NCBI GenBank assembly: GCA_012026655.1
Contig: JAAILG010000196.1
Span: 62,001 to 126,000, forward strand
Direction: 5' to 3'
DNA: 64,000 bases
Origin: Hydrolagus affinis
Lineage: Eukaryota
Position numbers and translations under genes: made by a program. The notes below the pieces were generated by a model that saw only the letters and a list, made by a program, of their open reading frames with translations, was not told the DNA's origin and ran no database searches. Numbering within the stretch: position 1 is the first letter of the stretch; each line of letters starts with the position of its first letter. Shown here piece by piece: positions 12,200 to 25,278 of this stretch.

Positions 12200-12310
12200 T
12201 CTCCCACAAAATATAATCAATTCACTTTACAGTATATTCTGTGAAGCACTTTGAGACGTCTCTAATGCGTGATAAGGCGCTAGCTACATCAAATGCAAGG
12301 ATTATTATTA
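12200..12310 (+). mobile_element. SINE 3' fragment
   Basis: cccacaaaatat..tcaattcactttacagtatattctgtgaagcactttgagacgtc...atcaaatgcaaggattattatta. Confidence 0.85.
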
Positions 12311-14075
12311 CTTTTCAAATGCTATGATTGAGTTGACTGTTCCAGCATCTGCAAAATTTCATAAAAATACAGCTTTGCCTGGGAAACACATGAAGGGTTT
12401 GTTTTGTACATTTCCTGCAAGCTAATAATTCTTCAGACAAGGTATAAAGAACATTTCAAAATTAATGAAAACATGAATATAAATTCTGACCATTTCCATG
12501 AATAGTGCTTTACATTTGAATTCAAGAAATGCAAAATGAAGAGAAGTTACAATTCTTACTCTAAAATGTATTCTGTCAAATTCGAAATAGCTGTGCCAAA
12601 AATGTGAACTGTTATTTGCTACAGTCTCATTTCCATTGCGTAGGCTAAGAACATGTCTCTGTTTTTCACGTTGGATGCTAAATACATGGAAGCATTACAT
12701 ATTCAGATTAACTGCAGCAAATCGTGAATTCTACTATATTTTATCTAGAATAGTGTAACAAAAGCAAGTTTCTAATAATATTGTATCAAGCGCACACCAC
12801 TACATCCTGCCAATCATTGCTAAATTAATAAAATAACTGTCCTGCACTAAGGCAGTAAGAATAATCAGATGAAAAAAAGAATAATCAGATTTTCCAATAG
12901 AAATTACTTGTATGCCACCAAATAGAATCCCAACAGACAATGCACATGCAGTACCAGCAGTTATACACTGTTTTTATCTATTTTCATCAAAACCTGAACA
13001 ACATTACCCAGATTATTATATTAATAATCCTTGCATTTGATAAAGTGGCTTTGATATACTGTAACATAGTGATTGTATTTTGTATGCAAATGGTATTTTG
13101 TAGTTTAGAAAGTCAATTAATGTAAGTTATGTAGTTCTCTATCTTAAATCCTCTATTTTATATTACACCACAGAAAATCCTGAGAAGCACTTAAAAAGAT
13201 GCAACAATTATTTATTGAACCAGTCAGCAATATTTACAATCAATACATTGAAGCCACCAATGACAGATATAATTAGACATGCAGAGTACAGCAATCTTTC
13301 TTCACAAGGTACCACTAACCTGAAAATACAAGTCGGACCCTCTTTCTCTCATTGATGAAACAGCAGAATAGAAAAGTAGGCATTCTCTGACATTCAATGC
13401 TGCCTACAGCCCAATCAATCTCTTCAGATCTATATTTTTCTTCTCAGTTTAGTCTGTTCATTCATTCCAAGTCTCACATACTCACTACTGACAAAAAAAA
13501 TCATATTCCATGCCCTTAAGTGTATCTGAAGCAGCGATTCAATCACTGCATCCATACTTCCCTCGTTGAGGTTTAGACACAACTAGTTAGTAAATGTTCA
13601 CAACTTTCGGACTTCCTCATAAGTTTCTTAGCATGCAGCTGCCCTGGGTTTGGAGCTGGAGTGTAGTTAGTGGGTGGCTGAACTCCTACACTACGAACTT
13701 CACAAGCTTAATGGTTAATGCATTAAGCATCGCAATGCTTAATAATTCAAACAGGACACTGCTTGCACTATATTCACTTTCAGTAACTATAATTTCCTCT
13801 GACTAAGATTAAAAATGTTATAAAATGCTCCTGCAGACAATTTGAATTCTGGGATCCTTCCGGAATCAACTCACAGCAACTGATGTGCATTAATCAATTA
13901 CATTGCAAAATTACATTACAATAAAGAAACCCAAAGTTAAATGTCCAGTTAGAAGGACACAGCAAGAATTCCTCTAATGTTCTTTAACATTTTGTAACCA
14001 GACTAGCTATGCCGGCAAAAACAAAAATACTGGATATACCAGTTAAATAAAAGTTATATTTCAAGGATTTCCTAC

Positions 14076-16671
14076 CTTCAGGATGTTTATCAGCTTTGCT
14101 TGACTTGCATTCTTCTGCATTCACATTGATTACATTTTCAGTGACTTCCCTTTCTAATCCATCTTTACGTTCACTTGAATCTTGCTTTAATGGAGTATCA
14201 GCAAAGGAAATATTTTTATTTACATCAGTACTTGCAGGAGAAGGTTCAAGTTTGTCGGTTCCTATCATACCTGTGTAGGCAATGCTAGATTCTAGCATTA
14301 CTACATTTGACCAATACTCTTCAACAGTGGAATAATCCTTTTGTCCATCACTCTTTTCCTCATAACATGCAGTAGTTTTCACAACAGACTCATCCGGCAA
14401 GTCTTGTGTCAATGGATTTTCATTATTGTTTAAGATTTCTACTTTTTCATGGAATTGTACATTGGAGTCTTTTGCCAAGTCCAAATGATGATTTGCAGGG
14501 TGGTCTGGCTTGTTAAAATCATTCTGCGGTTGTCCAGTATTAGCATTTTTCAAATCCACTGACATCTGCTCTGTTCCACTGTTGTCTAAGTGCTGTTCAT
14601 TTTGTTCTTTAACAACTGAACATGTATGTAAATGTGTACTGTGATCTACCAGGGATTCAGAAGATACGCCGTCAGTCATACATTCAGACCCATGACGGTC
14701 TGAATACTCTGTATGTTCTGTTAAATTTGGATCTGAATGATCAGAGTTAGCTATGGGTTTCACACCCTCGTTAAATAATTTTTCAGCAATGCCTGTATCA
14801 TCCAGTAACTGGCAAGTGGTAGATTCTGTACATTCCTCAACCAATTGATCAACTCCATCCCTTATGTGCTCTTTATTCTCGTTCAATGAACGATCAGAAT
14901 TTTCATCACTTGCAAAATTCTCAGATAAATTAGAGTTAATAACTTCGCAGTTGACAGACTGGGTTAACGAAATGACAGAGCCTACTGACTGAACATCTGC
15001 AATGCATTTTTGCAGAACACACTCTGCTGTTGGTTGAATTTCATCGTTAGTATGCTGTAGAGTTGAAGTAGGTATCTGACTGTTGTGTTGTGCACTTTCA
15101 ACATATTCTCGTTGTTGTTTTGTCGTGCCGTTTTGTCCTGAGCTTTCATCTAAAGCCTGTGTGTACTTAGCAGACTTTTTGTCAGCAATATTTGAAACTT
15201 CTGCAGTGCTAGCTGGTGGCTGGCCAGCCAGGAGATTACAGTTGGCCAACTGATGATTGAAAGATCCTGTGTCAGAAACAGTCGTAAATTCCATCAAAGT
15301 ACTTCCCTGCTCTTTCACACATGTGTGCTGACTATTATCCTTTTCAATTATATCTTCTTCAGATATATTTTGATGACTTTTGTCCTGGGGAAATTCTTTC
15401 CCCATCCATGCTTTCTTACAATCTTGCAAATCATCATTCTTTGTGCATGATGTAAGTGTTGAATGGTTGGTACCACTCTGAATATCTTGTAACTGTTGTT
15501 CGCAAACGTGGTTGGGAACTTGAGATTCCAAACTTCTACAGCTTAAATTGTTTTCTGCTACATTTGTGCATTGGTTATTTAATGAGCAAACTTCTCCGCA
15601 ACAATGATGCATTTCCTTTCGATGAAGGCTAGTTTCCATTGATGAAGACAACGTCATCTTTGTAATTGTGCAAAGCTCTTTATACTGACTGCTGCTCCAA
15701 GTCTGATTGTAATATGCTAATTTGTTTTCAATTGTATCTGGAAGTGATCGTTGTTCAATCATTTTGTCACTTGTACTACAGTGTAAATTAAATGAACTGC
15801 CTGTTGCTTCTGAATAGAGTCCCTCAGTTAAATTTGAATCATCTTCCATGGGTTTTGGACAGATAAGGTGCTTTGAACAAAGGTTATGAGTTGAGGCTTC
15901 AAATGAGAGCATTTCTAATGGCCTATTAGTCCTCATCCTCTGTGGTGGTTTTATACTTGAGCTTCCCGTTTGCACAAGGTAACCACTTTCACCGAACATT
16001 GAAATTTGTCGAAGTTCCACATATTCCCCCTCAAGATCTTGAAGGGAAATTTCTGTACTCCCAGAAATATCTAAACCATCTCCAACTGAACCTGGTGAAT
16101 ACTGTAAAGTTTTTGTAGGGCTTACCTCATCTTTAAGTTTTTTTTCTTTCATATTTGTAGTAAATCTTTGGGTTCCACAAGTTGTGTCAGAATGATTCTC
16201 ACATTCTAGACTGTGCTCGTTTAATGTGGAATTGCTGGGTCTGTTAAAAACAATTTCTTGATCTATGGCCCAGCTTCCTGATGACATGTTTTCAATCATT
16301 TTGGGTTTCTCAACAAATTCTGGATTCACCACCTCTTCCCAGGGGACTCGGAAGTTGTTGGTATCAGTCGACAAGAGACAATTTTCCAAAGCAGTTCCCA
16401 TCCGTTCCTTATTAATGTTGTCCAACCATTCCATGGTGAAGATGGATGTGTAGGAAACCTCTGGGACTATGACTTCCTCTACATTGTGTCTGTCTCTTGC
16501 GAGACATTTTACTACAATACGTGGGGCTTTCTTAAGGTGTGGCACAACTTGAAGGTAGAAATCACCAGACTGTAAAGTTCGCCAGTCAATAGCTGAAAGA
16601 TGTATTATAATTTTCTCATGGATGCACAAAGGCCAACCTTGATGGCGAAATAGCAGTCCACTGTATCTGAA
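14076..16671 (-). CDS. PLEKHG4: PLEKHG4-family giant exon (2596 nt): conserved N-terminal domain followed by a long low-complexity linker
   Basis: Acceptor catatag|TTC (FRYSGLLFRHQGWPLCIHEK...GDFYLQV...FRVPWEEVVNPEF) and donor GAAG|gtagga, phase 0-1. It lies in the 881-aa ORF, and the WPLC.HEK and GDFYLQV motifs are characteristic of PLEKHG4/4B/ARHGEF40. Confidence 0.93.
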
Positions 16672-18775
16672 CTATATGCAATAGAAAAGAGATAGCCATT
16701 AATTATTTGATCCTGTACATAAAAATATTTTTTGAAATGTGCTACCCACGTGAAGGACGCTATATAAATACAATTTGTTTCTATAATACTCAGATGAATC
16801 TGTTGGCCTCTGCCATCATTCTTTTGGTAGCAGTTGCTCTTGGGAAAAAAAATGGTCCAAAGGTCTCACACACAGAATGTATAATAGCATAATTTATGCA
16901 ATATAATATATTCCATGTGTGCACAGAATGAAAAACAGGAACCTAGTAAAACTAAGAGACGGTACTGCCAGCAGCTTAATATAAAACAGCATAAATTGAC
17001 TCCACTGTCAGTTATTGTAATTAACCCAACTTTTTCTAAAGTGAAAGCTGAAATCTTTCTGATCAATTAAACCAAACAGTTGTGGAAACATGCCTTCAGC
17101 AGAAATCAATGTAGTCCTAAAAGTAGGGGAAGCAATTAGACAGTTTTGCTGGAAAATTAACTTAAAATGCTCAATCACAAAATATGCAAACATTCTTTAA
17201 AAATGTTTTTAGCATTGTGGATCACTGAAGATCAGAAGACTGAAGATAAATCCCCCACTCCCTTTTTAATTCTCCTTCCCGCTCCTGCCAGCAAATGGTT
17301 TACAATAAAAAAAAGGCAAGTATATTACGATGTTCTTTTCATCAACAGCAGTACACATTATAATGAAAAAATGCTGCTGGACAGCCTCGGGTCTAATGCA
17401 ATGGATACCAATCATGAATGTGGTAATCCAAATACAAACATTATAAATTTTGACCCAGAATTTTTTTTGCGCTGGAAATTTTGACAATTCCATGCCACAA
17501 TTTTACTGACTAAATGGAACTTTTGACTGATTTTACTAGAGTAAATATTCACCTGCATTGTTTATAATTGCACCCGTAAACAGATTGTGCCCTTTGGATT
17601 GCCCAATAGGCAATCTCTAAACTTTTGGATAGATAAATGATCTTGAATCAGAACAAACATCAATGGCAACTAGAAAATGCTTTAATCCCAAATAAACACA
17701 ATCTCATGCAAACTAAACGTTTGGTGATTGTGATGAGGAAACAGAATGGTAGAGAAAGGAGCAGGTTATCCACCTGGTGTTGCCTCATTCAGGTCATAGG
17801 GAAAATAGGATTCTGATTACACTGAACAAAGCATCTCAATCCCAAACCTCCGAAGAATGTCTCTCTTCTGCACTGCCTTGACATTCCATTCTTTTCAAGC
17901 TCAATTCAGGGATTTTCACCGATTTAGAAACAAATATCAAATCAAGTGTTCATTAAAACCAGCGCGGTTTTGTGGATTCCTGCCCACGAGGATTAGGGTT
18001 ACATACTTCACAACTTTTTATTTTCACATATAATATTTAACCGTTAGCTTGCTGTCAGATTCACAGATATTCATGTCTTCGTGGGGTGACCTGTTTTGCA
18101 ATGTTAAAAGAACCACACTAAAATGACAGTAATAAAGCTAGGAATGGAATGCACAGGAACATAAAAAAACACTGTGAGGCATTCAGTGCCAAAGTATGAA
18201 AACAGACATACATCTGTACATGTCTCTAATGAATTGGCTTCACTGCATTCACTGATTGCATTCATCTCGTCAAAGTTTAAGCAAATTTAGCTCCAAAGCT
18301 CAATTTATGATCCAAATAGAAACTATGTTTTAATTAGAGTCCACAGTGGGACTATATATATATATTATTAGTTATAGTTTAAAAAGTTCATATTGCACCA
18401 CCTGCCAATTAATGCAAAAATCGAACAAAACTGGGCAACTTCCCTTGTGGAAGTTTGGCTGTAACCAAATTCCAATGAACCAATGCAAATTCCATAATGT
18501 AATTGGTTTATCAGCTTTTTAAAATCCAAATGTAAGAGATGAAAACTGTCCTGATTCAATCTCACTGTGACACACATGCTGACCTTTGCAAGATAATCCT
18601 TTCATTAATCGAGCAATCCATGACATAAATAGGTGTGCCTCTGCAACAATGAAACAGAGAATGCAATTTCTTGAATTGACTTTTAATGGTCATGGTGAGG
18701 TCAGTGGACAATACTATTCTTCCTCAAAATTAAGGAAATAGCATCAAGAGATGCCTTGGAAGAGTGATGGTAGGA

Positions 18776-18832
18776 ACAACAAAACAACAAAATTACATTT
18801 ATTGAGCACCTTTCATGTCGGGAGGAAGTCAC
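18776..18832 (-). mobile_element. short L2 3' tail
   Basis: aacaacaaaattacatttattgagcacctttcatgtcgggagga. Confidence 0.65.
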
Positions 18833-18876
18833 CTGGCTGAAATTTGCTCATCCAGCACAGATGATGGAACTTATAT

Positions 18877-19146
18877 AATAATAATAATCCTTGCATTTGA
18901 TATAGCACTTTTCATGTCTTCTAGTCGTCTCAAAAGCGCTTCAAAGAATATACTTTAAAGTGAATTGACTGTAGACGCCTCAAACAGTCAGGGATTGAAA
19001 TGACCAATTTTATTATTGTTTGTTGTTTTGGAGGGATTATTATTAACCGTGTGGAGTAAGGAAACTTGCCCAAGGTTTCGCCCAGACCTGCCTGGATTTG
19101 AACACAGGTCTCACGCTTCAGGTCTCACGCTTGCAAGGCGAGTGCC
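18877..19146 (-). mobile_element. tRNA-derived SINE with internal deletion
   Basis: Collinear with 637-999 but lacks most of the Deu core and the A box. It contains a small duplication of caggtctcacgctt. Confidence 0.85.
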
Positions 19147-19177
19147 TATGAAAACCTATAGCATTTATATTGTAGTC

Positions 19178-19530
19178 GTTTACATTACATATTTTCACTT
19201 CAGGAAGCCATCCCAAAGTGCTGCACAACTATATTGTAAAGTGCAGTGACTGTTGTTTGGGTGAATGTAGCAGCCAATTTGCACACAGCAATGTCCCACA
19301 ACATGAAATGAATGACAAAGTTTATTTTGGGGGAATATTGGCCAGGACACCGGGAGAAACTCGCTTCTCTTTTTGAATAGTGGGATCGTCAATGTCACTT
19401 GAATTGAGCCTGTAGGACCACAGCTAATTCAAATGGCATTAAAGCATCATCCAAATCATCCAAAGGACAGCACTTCACAACAATGCAGCAAAACCCCCTC
19501 AACATTGCATGGGAATGTCATTTTAAGACT
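19178..19530 (-). mobile_element. older Deu-domain SINE (SacSINE1/AmnSINE-like)
   Basis: gcagccaatttgcacacagcaa..cccacaa, atattggccaggacaccgggagaa..ctc..tcttt..gaatag, and tcatccaaaggacagcac are Deu-domain hallmarks. Confidence 0.75.
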
Positions 19531-19641
19531 ATATATGAGCTCTATGTTTGCATGACGGTACTGTAGTACTGTAGTACCAAGTGTTATGCTGATTCTCCAC
19601 CCTCCCATTCCACCCCCCACATTCAGTTCTGACATACTTAC

Positions 19642-19839
19642 ACAAGAGTCCTGTTGAATGCACTGCAGAATGTGTTTAGCTGGTACAAGGAAATCGATGA
19701 GGTAGCGTAATCCGTCCCCGCGATAAGTTTTCTCCACCACGTCAAATACGTGACAGAGCACTGTAGCTGCTGTAGCCTCGAATGGGGGATAGAGTGCTGA
19801 AAGGGTATTCTGAATACAAGCGTCCAAGGATTCAGAATC
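19642..19839 (-). CDS. PLEKHG4: PLEKHG4-family exon ([36 protein letters not shown]...QCIQQDSC)
   Basis: Acceptor ttttcttag|GAT and donor TGT|gtaagt, 198 nt, phase 0-0. '[21 protein letters not shown]' is the N-terminal signature of PLEKHG4/4B/ARHGEF40. The PLEKHG4 versus PLEKHG4B call is from recall only. Confidence 0.93.
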
Positions 19840-22539
19840 CTAAGAAAAAAAACAATTCATTTAAAAACAGTAGCTGCACTGTGAACTGCTAAACATTTGA
19901 GGGAATTATAAATATTTTGCTAACTCTACAAAATAGTATATAAATATATATGTTTAAAAATGTAAAGATGTATAATAATATTTTGTTTACTCAATTCAGA
20001 AGCTAATGTGCATCAGAAAAATTCTAATAATTTACTGTTATAACAAAGTATAAGCCAAAAGTTAAAAGAAGCACACTATGCTGCATAGCAACTTTAACTG
20101 TATTTAAGTAGGTTGATATGAAGTCTCAATGATAAGATGAACAAACTGAAACACATATGTTAAACAAGGTATTAACTGTACTGAACACAGTTTAATTACA
20201 GGGGTGAGTGAATGTATCATAATTTCCTTTTCTTAAAAAATCCTTGATTTAAATTTGGTGCATAGAAAACCCAAGCTGTAAAACATAGATGTGATTGAGC
20301 GGAGGCAAGCAGACAGATCCCACACTTCACAAACTGAGTACGCACCAAAACAGACATCTGATGCCGGAAACCCCTGTCATCGGCAAAGTAAACTAATACT
20401 TTAGCAGTTGTCTGTTACAAGTATCATCTCAAGTACTTAAGGAAATGTCCATGATACACTTGCACCCTGGTGAATACGTTAGCTGTAGTGAGGGAAGCTG
20501 CTTCGACTGAACTACACTGCGTTCTATATACAAAGGTTCCCACAGGATTATCAGTTTCAGACTGACAGGTACAGCTGTTCAAACACATCCATACATTGTT
20601 ATCGAGCCCAGTCAGAAAGCAATAACTTACACAAAGAGGTTAGAAGCTTCTGCGTACTTACTAAGTTTCATGAATGATATTTTACCATTCATTACAATTG
20701 CTTTGACTAGACCATAACCCACTAAGAACACAGATGGTTCTGCTCAAGTCCAATTGCAACCCAACCTAGAAACATGTCTCCGACATTCACTTGGTTTTAA
20801 GCATGAAAACATACATAATGGTGTTATCACCCAGTCGATTTTATAGGGCTTTTAATGCTTTTAAACGTAGAAAAGTGACCTGGACACTGATCTCACTTAT
20901 AAGATTAAAAATGTAATTGTCACTGGTAAAAGAGTGATAGACAGGCTAGATTAAAAGTTATCACTGTGTCATTGCAACAATTTATGTGAATTCAATTCCT
21001 TGACCCTGCGATTCCTTGCTGTTAGATTCATTGATTTCAGTCTTCTCATTTAGGGCAGTCAAGTGCAGGTAAGGTACTTTCCCTCAAGGAAAGGAAGGAG
21101 AGAAACCTGGAAGGAAAACTCATCTTGTCATATTTTAAAGAGGTCAAAAATTAGGCTGGTCTCTGTATAAGTTTAACTCACCTACCCCTCAGGCAGGGGT
21201 AATGCATTATAAAATGGGATCACCAGAGCTAGGGAGGGAATAAAATAAAAAAAATCCCCAGCAGAGAAAGAAACCCACCCTAAAAGTAGAGTCAACTTAA
21301 TTTTGCCCCTCTGCCTTGGTTTGACCCAGTACCAACCATTTGCTATGAACCCTCTCTCAAAACACCTGTCTAAAATACTTATCCTTATGTCTACACATTA
21401 CAGCAAGTGGTTCATAAATGAAATTCAAGTGTCCTGGTTTCAATCACTCGTCAAGGCGCTATATAAATGTAATGTTGTTGTTGTTGATTACCCTCCTTAG
21501 AAAGAAATATCTCCCTATTTCAGTCCTAAACTTGTACTAAACAGACTTAAACCTATTCTCAAAATGCCATCTTATATTTACAAATTTTGTTGGCTGTAGC
21601 TTCACACTGGCTGGAAACCTGAAGAAACTATTAATAATCATACCCAAATCCTGCATCCTGCTCTAACTCTGGTAACAGACACCTATAAACTTGGTATACA
21701 TATTGCACTTACTATTTAAAAAGAATCTATAAAAAGATGCCAGATCAACTGAACGTTCTGCAACAAATGAAGCTTGCATCAATGAGCAACAGGAAAGCTA
21801 TAGAAATCTTTCTGGAGCCACCTTGTTCAAATATTTCAGTGTTCATTTCACAAACAAAGATTGTTAGGGCCATAAACAGATTGATCCCCACAATAGTTCT
21901 TTAGATCAGCAATAAACATTGTTTCCATCACAAGGAAAGCAGGTTTGAACTTGCCCGAATAACCGAATAATATCATTCATAAAACAAAAGTCACATATCA
22001 ACTAATCTCATAGCCTATGTGACTTTGAAAATAAAAACTGGTTTATTCCATATTTATGCCATCACATGCGAAAACATGATTTGTACCACAGATTAATAAT
22101 GCATGCTATCTCAATGTTACTATAAGCTACTCCACCCGTGTCAACATGTTCTTTGAGACATGAATAATAGGAGTTCATTAGCCCAACAGACGATATAACT
22201 TATTTCACAATAACGGTTCACATTCCGGCAGATTACTTTACAAAGTCAGTCAGCCAATTTTCTTGAGAAAATAAATGTAGTGCGTTCAATATCACTCATT
22301 TGAACTGTTTACTTGTTGAGTTCACTATGTTGATTTCAAGCCCACTTTGCTTTTTAAACTTTACAATATTTACCATTAATGTGGTCAGTGGAGCCCAACA
22401 TAATTAAAAGATGCACATTATTCAATGAGAAATATGTTTTACACAATTACTGGAATGACTTTTACCTGTTCCGAGGTACACAACCACCATTTCAGATCCC
22501 GTCTGAAATAGAATCCAACTTCACCTTGCTGATTATCGC

Positions 22540-22800
22540 TAAACTGGAATCCCATTTTCTAGTCAGATGGACATTAAAGATGTTGTGACATTATTCGAAA
22601 ACTGAGGAAGTTCCTCCTGATGCCAAGTCAACAGTCATATTGATTAAATGGTCATTCATCTCCTTGTTGTTTGTAGGAACTTGCTGTACAGCCAGTTTAA
22701 GGTTTGCCTACAAATTAAGTTACTCCACGATGGTAATTATCTGTAAAGTGCTTTGAGACTATTTGACATCATAGGCACTATAACAAATGCAAGTATCATA
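22540..22800 (+). mobile_element. highly degraded Deu-domain SINE
   Basis: cagatggacattaaagat..attcgaa..ggtcattcatctc..gttgtttgtaggaacttgctgt..ctgtaaagtgctttgagac..ggcactata..aaatgcaagt. Confidence 0.6.
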
Positions 22801-23976
22801 ACAAGTACAAGTATTTTCATAATAGCTCAGCAGTGTAGAGGCTATTTGTAGCATTCACCTCCGCCTTATTTTAATTCACCACAGAACAGAAGTTAACCTT
22901 GGGGCCATCATCATTTTTTTCTGCAGCTCAGAATCACACAACAGGGGTTCATTCACTCACCGACCCATCAAATGAACTCAAACTTGCTTTACAAACAATT
23001 ATCATAACACTTTTAACTCTAAGTCAAATAAATATAACTTTTATTCCCCGTTTTCAGATTCCCTGCACTATTTTCTTTCTAAAAACAAATGTTCAAAAGT
23101 ATGACTCATAATGATATAGTTCTTTCCATTTCTAGGCAACTAGTAATAAAAACAAGTTAAGTATTTTCTTAATATAATTTTCATTGCAACAGCATGGAGG
23201 CATGAGCTTCTGAGATTTTCCGGGATGTCTGACTGAGTTTAAAAACACCAGTAAGATTGCAGCTGTCTCATCATTTTCCATTTACATGGGGATTGGAATT
23301 AAGCCCACCTCATAACTATTAATGAATTGGAGGTGCACCCAACTGAAAGTCTGAAATAATTTTCCTGCTACATACTGTACCATCCATTTTGAATTCTAGA
23401 ATCTTCAAAAAAAAATCAGGTGTTAATATGGAAACAATGAACATCATGACTAGTATGACCCAGAATTGATCTTACCTCATTCCGCAGAGTATTAGTCACA
23501 GGTTGCCAGGAACCAAGGTTTGGGAACCCAAGTGTATGCATTGAGCTACTGCTGGAATTTAACCAGCTAAAACAGCATATCTTACCAGTGGCAAGTGTCC
23601 TGCTGCTTGTTTAGCTAGGACAATCTTACCCATTTGGGTTTTTACAGAGCACCTTTCATATCAGAAACTGAGTTTCAATGTGCTTTACAGGATGCACTGT
23701 ATAGTGCAGTGACTGTGTATTTAATAGGTAAACATAATCCCAACCATGAGATCACAGAGCGGAATGTTTTCAAATAAATAAAGCAAGCTCATGCATTCTG
23801 AAGATCTGAACACATACAGGTTTTCTAGCAGTGTCCATTCTTGCTTTTTATTTTCCTGCTAAAGTACATTCTATCTGATTTTTTGTAACACACTGAATGT
23901 TTTGCTTTGCACACTTATATTGAACTGGTTTCCATTTAAGCTTTTACAAAGTTTGTATTTAGTAATATTAAGTTTT

Positions 23977-24110
23977 CAACAACATTAAAATTACATTTAT
24001 AGAGCGCTTTCACTTCCAGAGGATGTCCCAAGGCGCTGAACAGTCAGTGATCGGAACCGAGTATGGAAGAGGGACAGGGTAGGGGGTAAGGGAGGGAGAG
24101 AGGTGGAAGA
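23977..24110 (-). mobile_element. L2 3' end
   Basis: ttacatttatagagcgctttcacttccagaggatgtcccaaggcgctgaacagtca followed by a purine-rich UTR. Confidence 0.75.
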
Positions 24111-25278
24111 CGTATTCAACTGGGCATATTCAATTGGTTATATAAAAAAGTTTAGTACAGTAATGACTTTTTCCAGTTTTAGAACCTCTGCATCTAATCT
24201 CTATATTGCAATGACATAGGGGCCCTTGTACATAACATACTCAAACACACACAGAATCTAGTTACATAATTATATGTAAATTAAGTATTATTCTCCAATC
24301 CAGAAAAAGCAACTGGGTTGAATTTGGTCTTTATTTGCTAGAAATTGAGCTTGTGCCATAAGAACGTTTGCCTATAGAGCACCATATTTCCTCTTCACCA
24401 GTTATGGTCTTCAGCTGCTGCTGACAAGATAAAATGGAGTCAAACACTCCATTCTGCAACACACCAGTCTGTCATTTGAAAGCCTTATAGTGAAGCTTAC
24501 TGGTAATCTTGTCTATGACAACAATACTACAGGAATAAACCGAGATCCACCGGCATTTCTGCCCCTTCAAAGTCTACAGCAAAGCGCTGTTAGATATCTA
24601 GTTAACACAACCATCCAGATTCACAATCTACTCTGCACAAGATCATTAAATTACATTGAAATTGGAAAAAATACAAGATGTATTCAATTAAACATGAATC
24701 TGCAGCACACAGCTTGGACATAAAATCAGGGTTCAGATACATCTATGAATTTGTGTTGAAATCAAAGATGCAGAAAAATGGTAGCTAGTTGCACCTGTAA
24801 TCCCAAGTATGATCTCAAACGTGATGTTGACTCATGTTTGGCAAACGAAGATAAGCAAGCATTTCTAAGTCTTAAACTACACACTACTGGCACCAATGAA
24901 GGGAATCCGTACGCTCACCTTCTATAATGTCTGCAATTTTCAGAATCTGCTAAAGTAGCAATGAGCTGCTTTTGCCAGGATCCGTCTGTCATACCAATCT
25001 GCAATCAGTCATTCCTCAAATAATCACTGTCTGCTACCAGCTCACCCTGATCACATCAACTGCTGAGAACGAAGGGGGCAGGCAGTTTTGCTACTGCTGC
25101 ATTTTCCAATGTGCTGTGCACTACCAACTCCACCCACAAATCTAACTGCTACCAGCTCCACCCACATATCCATCTGTGAATCCACGTGTTCATCTAAACA
25201 GAAAGAATCTTGATGGGCAGATGGTATATGGTGTCATAAATACACTTTGTTTGGCATTTTCCTGGCAGTTTCTTCCAT

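Noticed and set aside
13984-16629. 881-aa ORF as a standalone single-exon gene
   Set aside because: Its listed start is a TTG within WPLC. Splice sites at 16671 and 14076 make it an internal exon, and its last ~30 aa are intron read-through.
19456-19641. C-terminal half of the 123-aa ORF
   Set aside because: Intron read-through past the GTAAGT donor into a SINE.
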